The notes under the pieces are model-generated. The model was not told the origin of the DNA and searched no databases. It was given only the letters and a program-made list of their open reading frames with translations. From the human T2T-CHM13v2.0 reference genome, Homo sapiens, in the NCBI RefSeq assembly GCF_009914755.1, contig NC_060927.1: a stretch of DNA of 64,000 nt; one strand, 5' to 3'. The position numbers were made by a program, and so were the translations under genes. Shown here one piece after another: positions 56,166-64,000 of this stretch. Positions within the stretch are counted from its first letter, which is position 1. The number at the start of each line of letters is the position of its first letter.

Positions 56166-57429
56166 CTTTTAAACAGAAGCAGGTTTAAGGAAACAAATGG
56201 ATATCAGTAAACAAATATGCACACAATGTTCTTTCGGACAACACTGCCAGAACATATGTGCACAGGTTGCTCTCCAACATCTGAACAGTAAGACAGCCCC
56301 AGCTGGGTGGGGTGAATGAGATGGGAGAAGGGATAGCCACTTGCCAAAACATCTGTGCGATTCCAAACAGCACTAGGATCTGCTCTGGAGGCATCTGAAA
56401 CACCGCATGTAAGCTTGTGCCCTGCCAAGCACATGGCCCAGAAGCCACCACTGTCCTCACTCCTTCGCAACAGAATGTGGTTTCTCATTAACGGGCCCCA
56501 GCAGCTGGCTGTCCAGCAGACCCAAGTCTCTGGTGTGGCTTTGGACCTCATAAAAGCTCATTCCTATCAGCTGGGGAGGGTGGCAGGGAGGGAGAGGAAA
56601 ACAAGCATAGAGAGAAATGAGCTTCCACTGCAAGTATGAAAAGGAGAGAAATTAACTCAGTGCTTAAAGAATCAGTGCTCTCCCCTCTGCCCTGTGCCAA
56701 CAATGGAGAAGAAGAAATCTGGTGTAACAGCTAGTTGTCAGGCCAAAATACAGGAAACCATACTGACTTTCTCCAAGGAATTCATTCATTTATTTTGATC
56801 ACTTAACCTAAAGTGGGTCTTCTCCAATAATTAGTTCTCTTCTAGAAACCACAGTTTAGCTGTACTTTCCCTCCATGGCATTTATTAAAATAAGCAATTA
56901 ATAATATGTATATTTATTAGTTTACTTCCTTATCTCCATCTCTAATGATATGGGGAAACTAGAAATGGAACACCACAGATCTCATGACAATCATGCCCCC
57001 AAAGAACATTCTTCCCTTTAAATGCCTGTCATTTGAGGCACTATAAAATTTTCATTATAACCATTTTAATGGCTCCCTTGAAATATCTACTAACTAGCTG
57101 AAAAGATGACAACACGGTCCATCGCCTCATCTGCATTTTGCCCAAGGTGAAATATGCCTTTCTATATTTTAGCATGAAAGCCAGACCCTTTAATAGCCTT
57201 TAAGCCTGTTCTAATTGCTTTCATCAATAGTCACTGTCACCCTCCCTGCCTGACTTTTTATGGTGTCAAGTTGTATCAAGGGGAGAGCTAGGGAAGAGGA
57301 AACACTGAAAAGTTCAGCACACAGGCGTTTAAAGTATTTAAGCAGCCTTTCTAGCTCAAGACTTATTTTAAAGCTTCATGTCCTATCTCATTACTTATGA
57401 AACTTTGTATTTGAAGTCCAAGTTATACA

Positions 57430-57815
57430 TTGAAATTCAGCAGATGTTTAAGGAGTGCCTACTGTGTACTAGGTACTGAGCTGAGTGCTGCCCATATGAC
57501 CTCACATCAGACAGATGAAGACTTTGACTTCATGGAGCTTCCATTCTAAGAGGGAGATGGACAACAGACATGGAAACAAACAAATGAGCAAGGTAATTTC
57601 AGGTGGGGGGCAAGTGTAATAAAGGAAACAGTGAGATGGCAGAGCACTTGAGGTGGGGTAGAGGTATGAGCAGAAGACCTGAAGGTTTAAAAACACCTGC
57701 CATGTGAAGGGCCAGGGGAATGGTCAGCTGGGCAAGAGAGTCAGCAAGTGCAAGGGCTCTGAGGCTGGAACAACCTTGATGTTCCAGAAACAGAGAAGAG
57801 GCCAATATAGCAATT
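57430..57815 (-). mobile_element. L2
   Basis: gagtgcctactgtgtactaggtactg...catggagcttccattct...cagcaagtgcaagggctctgagg. Confidence 0.85.
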
Positions 57816-58624
57816 ACATGCAATTAGACGGACCGATATCCAAGGGCATTCTGCACGTGCCCAAAGGAGTGCTTCTCCAGAGCCTAGCTTAAGTCCTGCA
57901 GAAATGGTGACTTGGCTTCACCCATCCACAACCCAGGCAAAAATCAAGCCATCTTAGATCAACAAGGCAGAAAGGCAAAAGCCATTAGTCGCGATTTTCT
58001 AGCAGCTCTGCACAAGGTTCTGCTTACCACCCACACACTCTTTTATTAAGCTAAAATAAGCCTCAGATGAAAACTGTTGCCATCGGTGAAGCTTACTTTA
58101 ACATATGGTTGATCCAACTGAAGAAAAACACTTTACAAATGCATTTTTTAAATCCCGACTTGCTTGTAGAATGGTTTTGTAAAAAATATTTATCATGCGT
58201 CTGGTCTACTGATGTGTTCCAAACGCTGGGGTACAAGGACACGTGTACTTGTCCAAGGGTTCCTTGGTAAACTGATAACGAAGGCGCTCTTCCCCCATGG
58301 AATTTGGCTTTCAGGGTTTGATTTGATGCAGTTTGCCAAAACATAAAGAGGTAACCTGTGGTTTTGTAAACTTGGTTAAGGGCAATGTGTTTCTGGCTTG
58401 AAAGCTGGCCGGCATGTTTCAGCAGGACAATGCAGCTACTCAAATACTCTCCACTGAAGAAAGCTTTTCCTCACTCTCAGAAGGGGGTACTTTTCTAGCA
58501 GAACTCTCTGTTTGGAAAGGTGAGCAGCATGGGCAGAGAGAAGACAGGACTGCGAGATCAAATTGGGATGGGATGGAACATGGGGAGGGATCAGAGCTTC
58601 CCCTTGGCTGTGACTGAAATTGGC

Positions 58625-58810
58625 TAGCAGCTAACACTCAGCGAGCACTTGGTTTGTGTCAGGCAGTATGCTAAATGCTCTTCACATGTTAATCACCTAT
58701 TCCTTATGACAGCTCTATGAAGTAGATCTTGCTATTACCCATACCCATTTGGCTAGATCGGCAAACGGAGACACTGATGTATATAAGGTCACACAGCTCC
58801 CGAGAGGCAG
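58625..58810 (-). mobile_element. MIR
   Basis: tgtgtcaggca...tgctaaatgct...ctatgaagtag...aaggtcacacagct. Confidence 0.75.
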
Positions 58811-59068
58811 ATGTTCTTTGGCAATGAGGATGTGTGGGCCTAGTAGGCACTCAAGGCTCCCTCCATTCTAGTCTGAAGATGAAGTCTTTTCCTTGACCAG
58901 TCTAGACCAAGATCTATCAACTACCATTTCTCAAATCCTGGCCATTTGCATTCAACCATGAGGCTATCTCTTCTGCTTGTAGCCCACCACCAATCACTGT
59001 AGCAATTTCAACCTTGTCTATACACATCACCTTTGTTATTTGTATTTACTATTGTTTAAGCTTATTAA

Positions 59069-59380
<312 letters not shown>

Positions 59381-59469
59381 TAATACATTTATTTTAAAAG
59401 GAAACTTTATATTCCCATAGAAAAAACAATATATATTGTTATAAATGGACACTGACCATTTACAAAAAC

Positions 59470-59720
59470 TACATGAAATGTCCAGAACAGGCAAATCTAT
59501 AGATAGAAACTAGATTAGCGGTTGCCTAGGGCTGTGGGGGAGAGGGATTGGGGAGATGACGGTTAAAGGTTACACGGTTTCCTCTTGAAGTAACAAAAAT
59601 ACTTGAGAATTGCCGTGAGGGATATATAACTCTGAATATATTAAAGGCATTGAATTATACACTTTAAATGACTGAATTGTGTAGAATGTAAATTATATCT
59701 CAAAGAAGCTGTTTAAAAAA
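59470..59720 (+). mobile_element. L1MB-type 3'UTR, short 5'-truncated copy
   Basis: atgaaatgtccagaacaggcaaatctataga...ttatatctcaaagaagctgttt. Confidence 0.85.
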
Positions 59721-59904
59721 AGTTAATGCCCTCAACTTAAAATGGCAAAGTAACAGGAAAGTGACTTGTTATAAAAAAAAATACAATAAAAGTCAAAATT
59801 CTCCTTAAACCCTATAATCTCTCTGCTGACAGATCTGAGGACCCACCTTCTCTGTTAAAAAAGGGAATGCAAAAATGAACTCACTTGCACACACACTCAA
59901 AGGG

Positions 59905-60930
59905 ATACAGTAAAAAAAAAAAAAAGACAGATAATAACAAGTGTTGAAAAGGATGTGGAGAAACTGTAATCCTCGTTACATTGCTGGTGAGAATATAAAA
60001 TGGTGCAGCAACTTTGGAAAACAGTTTGGTGCTTCCTCTGTCTTAAGGATAGAATTATCTTATGGTCTAGCAATTCTTCTTTTTTTTTTTTTTTCCAGAG
60101 TCTCACTCTGTTGCCCAGGCTCGGGTACAGTGGTGCACTCTTGGCTCACAGCAACCTCCACATCCTGGGTCCAAGCCATTCTTGTGTCTCAGCCTCCTGA
60201 GTAGCTGGGACTATAGGCACGTGCCACCATGCCGGGCTAATTTTTGTATTTTTGGTAGAGATAGGTTTTCACCATGTTTGCCAGGCTGATCTTGAACTTC
60301 TGACCTCAAGTGATCTGCCTGCCTTGGCCTCCCAAAGTGCTGGGATTACAGGTGTGAGCCACTGCGTCTGGCCAGATCCAGCAATTCTACCCCTAGGTCT
60401 ATTCCTAAGAGAATTGAAAACATGTCCACATAAAAATATGTACACAAATATTCATAACAACATTACTCATAATAGCCAAAATGTGAAAACAATCTAAATG
60501 TCCATCAAATGATGAGTGAATAAACAAAATGTGGTATATGTATACAATGGAGTATTATTCAACCATAAATAGGAATGGAGTACTGATACATGCTACAACA
60601 TAGAAGAATCCTGAAAATATTTTGCTAAAAGTAATCAAACACAAAAAAAACACATATTATATGATTCCACTTGTAAGAAATGATCAGAAAAGGCAAACCT
60701 GTAGACAGAAAGTAGATTAGAAGTTGTCTAGGGCAGTGCTTTGAGTTAGGGTGAAATGGAAAGCAGCTGCTACTGTGTATTAGGAGGTTTCTTTCAGCGG
60801 TAATAAAATTATTCTAAAATTGTAGTGACAGTTGCACAACTGTGTGAATATACTAAAAAAAATTGAATTATATAATTTAAATTGGTAAACTGTACGACAT
60901 GAATTACATCTCAACAAAGTGGTTAAAAAT
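59905..60930 (+). mobile_element. L1MB-type ORF2 end + 3'UTR, interrupted by an Alu
   Basis: aggatgtggagaaactg...cagcaactttggaaaacagtttgg...tacaatggagtattattca...acatctcaacaaagt. Confidence 0.9.
60077..60374 (-). mobile_element. Alu (Sz/Jb-like)
   Basis: TSD ggtctagcaattct / gatccagcaattct. Confidence 0.93.
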
Positions 60931-61013
60931 ACAATGAAAACTTAAAACATGCCATTGCCAAATATATATATATCATCCCAGTAAATTCGCTGTGACTTAA
61001 TAGTAATTGCCGT

Positions 61014-61126
61014 GCTGCACACAGTGGCTCACACATGTAATCCCAGCACTGTGGGAGACCAAAGTGGAAGGATCACTTGAGGCCAGGAGTTCTAGACCTC
61101 ATCTCTACAAGAAATAAAAAATAAAG
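61014..61126 (+). mobile_element. FLAM_C/Alu left monomer with an internal deletion
   Basis: gagttctagacc|tcatctctac lacks the agcctgggcaacatag..agacc segment; TSD aatagtaattgc / aatactaattac. Confidence 0.85.
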
Positions 61127-61135
61127 AATACTAAT

Positions 61136-61520
61136 TACTATAATTTGAATATGCACCCCAAAAATATGCACTGGAAACTTAATCCTCAATGCGACACTGT
61201 TGGGGTATAGGGCCTAATGAGAGGTGATTAGGCCATGATAGTGAAGTGAATAATTAATGCCAATATTGTAGGAGTGGGTTCATTATAAAAGGGGGAGTTT
61301 GGCCCCCTTTATCTCTTTCTTTCTCTGTCTCTCTCCTTTAGTACTCTCCTGCCATTCCACCCTCCATCATGGAATAACAAAGAAAGAAGGCCTTTGCCAG
61401 GCACTGCTTACTTGATCTTGAACTTCTCAGCTCCAGAAATGGGAGCCAATAAATTTCTGCTCATTATATATTACCCAGCTTCTGTTATTCTGTTACTGAA
61501 GCAAAAAACATAATAAGACA
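61136..61520 (+). mobile_element. MST (C/D-like) MaLR LTR
   Basis: ggaaacttaatcctcaatgc...gaggtgattaggccatga...gccaataaatttctgctcattata...taagaca. Confidence 0.8.
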
Positions 61521-61859
61521 GAAATGCCTCATCAATTAATTATCTAAAATACCTTGCACACAACAAATGCCAAGGATTATATATTTAATAGTTGGGCAAA
61601 CATTATGTTAGGCCTGCCAGGGTTGGAGCTCTGAATGAGAAGTTCAAATGAGTTATAAACCCAAGATTCTATACAATCAGCTTCTCAGAAAAATTGAAGT
61701 GCTTAGCTTTGTTCTCAGAAGTCTAGGGCATAATTTATCTTTCTAAGCTTCAGTTTCCTCATCTGTAAAAGGAAACTATAACTCTTAGAGTTATTTTTTA
61801 TCATATAAGCTCCCATTTTGTTAATTCTTTCCACCAAGACTTATGATGGAAGGCCATAA

Positions 61860-62640
61860 TATGAGCCAGACACTGTTCTAAACCAAAATTATACAAAGAT
61901 GAATAATTCAGAGAGGTCCCGTCCTTACAAAGTTTTATTCTAGAAGGGACACATTTTCTGCTAGATCTAATATATTATTAAACTTTACAATATGATGGCT
62001 GAGTGTTAAGTGCTGTGAAGAAATTATTAATGGGGTAAATGAGATAGATAGAAGGTGAGGGATGAGGGAGGGCAGGCTGCTATTTAATAGAGGGTGATCA
62101 GGGAAGTCCTCTTTGAGGAAGTCTAATTTGAGGAAAGCCTAAATGAAACAAGGGAACACACCATGCTAAGATGTGAACGGCAGGAGCCACAACTGGAAGA
62201 TGTGGTGTACTCAAGGATCATATCTGACAACAGCAGAACACACAATGGGGAGAGTGGAAGGCCATGAGGCTGGTAAAATGGGAATTTGGGGACTAAAGAC
62301 CATGGTCATAAGGTCTTAGATTTTATTGTCAGCTTGAAGGGAAGCCATTCAGAAGGTTCTGAGTAGAAGGGGGATATATAATTTTAGAACATCACACTGC
62401 CTGTGGTGTGAATGGATTATAAGAGGCCAGACTGGAAGCAGGGAGGCCAGGGAGAAGGTCACTGTCAGAAAGAAAGTAAAAGAGGGAGGTAGTTGGACCT
62501 ATGGTGATAGCAAAGGACATGTCCACACAGGTAAGATAGAGCTGGGTTTTGAAAGCAGAGCTGATCCAAGCTTGCTGAGAGTCTTACGGAATGTGTGAGA
62601 AAAAGGAACAATCCAGGAAGGAACAATCTTGGGTTTCTGC
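61860..62640 (-). mobile_element. L2
   Basis: gccagacactgttcta...tcagggaagtcctctttgagga...gggaagccatt...agactggaagcagggaggccag. Confidence 0.85.
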
Positions 62641-62719
62641 CCAAAGCAGAAGGACTAGACATCAGATATAACTGCTTAGAGCAAGGTCTGGAACTGAGAA
62701 AGTACTCAAAAAATATTAA

Positions 62720-62851
62720 CCACCATCCTGCCACTATCACTATTACCAATATCATTATAACTACCATTATTATTATAACTTCCTCCATCCCACCTCCACC
62801 CTCATTACAGCTACCACCATCATGACAATCACTATCATCACCACCACCATC
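62720..62851. repeat. (ATC/ACC/ATT)n low-complexity trinucleotide tract
   Basis: Direct reading; source of the 62465..62896 and 62595..62825 ORFs. Confidence 0.85.
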
Positions 62852-62865
62852 AAAAGCAAAAAGAC

Positions 62866-64000
62866 AGCATAGTACTGGAAGTCCTAGCCAGAACAATCAG
62901 GGAAGAGAAAGAAATAGAAGACTTCCAAACAGGAAAAGAAGAAGTGAAATTGTCTCTTTCTGCTGATGACATGATCTTATATATAGAAAGTCTAAAGACA
63001 CCACCAAAAAACTATTAGAACTGATAAAAGAACTCAGTAAAGTTACAGGATACAAAATCAACTTACAAAAATTAGTAACATCTCTATACACTAATAACAG
63101 ACTATCTGAAAAATAAATTAAGAAAATTCTATTTATAATAGCATCAAACAAAACTTAGGAGTACATTTAACTAAGGAGGTGAAAGGTCTGTATACTGAAA
63201 ACTATTAAACCTCAATGGAAAAAATTGAAGATGACACAAATAAATAGGAGTATATCGTGTGTTCATAAATTGGAAGAATATTGTTAAGACGTACATACTA
63301 CCCAAAGCAATCTACAGATTCAATGTAATCTGTGCCAAAAATGTCAATGTCATTCTTCACAGAAATAGAAAAAACAATCCTAAAATTCATATAGAACCAC
63401 AAAAGATCCTGAATAGTCAAAGGCATCTTGTACCAAAAGAAAAAAGCTGGAGGCATCATATTACCAAATTTCAAAGTATATTACAAAGCTATAGTAATCA
63501 AAACAGCATGGTACTCATATAAGAAGGTACATCAACCAATGCGATAGGATGTATAGCTCAGAAATAAACCAGCAAATTTATAGTCAATTAATTTTCAACA
63601 AAGATGCCAAGAACAGCAGACAATGGGGAAAGGAATAAGTGTTGATAAAACTGGATATCCACATGCAGAAAAATAAAACTGGATCCTTATCTCACCACTT
63701 ATAAAAAATTAACTCAAAATAGATCAAAGACTTAAATGTAAGACCTAAAACTGTAAAACTATTAGAAGAAAACATAGGGGAACAGCTCCATGACATTGGT
63801 CCGGGCAGTGATTTCTTAGATATGACCCCAAAGGCACAGACAACAAAAGCAAAATAGACAAATGGGATTGCATCAAACTAAAAAGCTTCTGCAAAGTAAA
63901 GGAAACGACAGAGTGAAGAAACAACCCACAGAGTAGGAGAAAGTATTTGCCAAATCATACATTGGATAAAGGGCTAATACCCAAAATATACTACAAGGTG
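62866..64000 (+). mobile_element. L1 (L1MA/L1PB-age) ORF2 reverse-transcriptase region, decayed; runs off the window
   Basis: Translates [40 protein letters not shown] (L1 RT FADD region), followed by stops and frameshifts. Confidence 0.95.

Noticed and set aside
56940-57200. Possible ancient DNA-transposon remnant
   Set aside because: Looks repeat-like but I cannot assign a family with confidence
62465-62896. 143-aa ORF with a signal-like N-terminus and a hydrophobic TM-like stretch
   Set aside because: The hydrophobic run comes from the (ATC/ATT/ACC)n low-complexity tract, and the flanks are L1 and L2

Overview
This is primate (human-like) non-coding genomic DNA, either intergenic or deep intronic. 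I find no credible protein-coding gene, tRNA/rRNA gene, CpG island or CRISPR array. The six-frame ORFs are short, and nearly all are translations of Alu, L1, L2 or LTR remnants or chance ORFs. More than half of the window is decayed interspersed repeat: Alu (J, S, FLAM), L1 (L1PA, L1MB, L1MC, L1ME-type), L2, L3/CR1, L4, MIR, MaLR/ERV solo LTRs (THE1, MST, MLT1, MLT2, MER21, MER74-type, LTR33) and DNA transposon fossils (Tigger2a, Tigger3, Tigger6, MER5A, MER20, MER58A, Charlie-type). Many are nested and have readable target-site duplications (TSDs). Subfamily names come from my recall of consensus sequences and need RepeatMasker/Dfam confirmation; boundaries of old elements are approximate. 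I cannot support an undescribed coding system here. The best leads are: (1) several patchwork templated-insertion or template-switch scars (18530-18604, 23980-24085, 24188-24289); (2) an ancient CR1-like reverse-transcriptase remnant with an intact FADD motif (~9440-9575); (3) an orphan poly(A)-tailed ~385-bp insert inside a DNA transposon (17217-17601); and (4) insertion-poor, motif-rich unique blocks that look like enhancers or non-coding exons (19280-19620, 27550-33520, 57820-58420).
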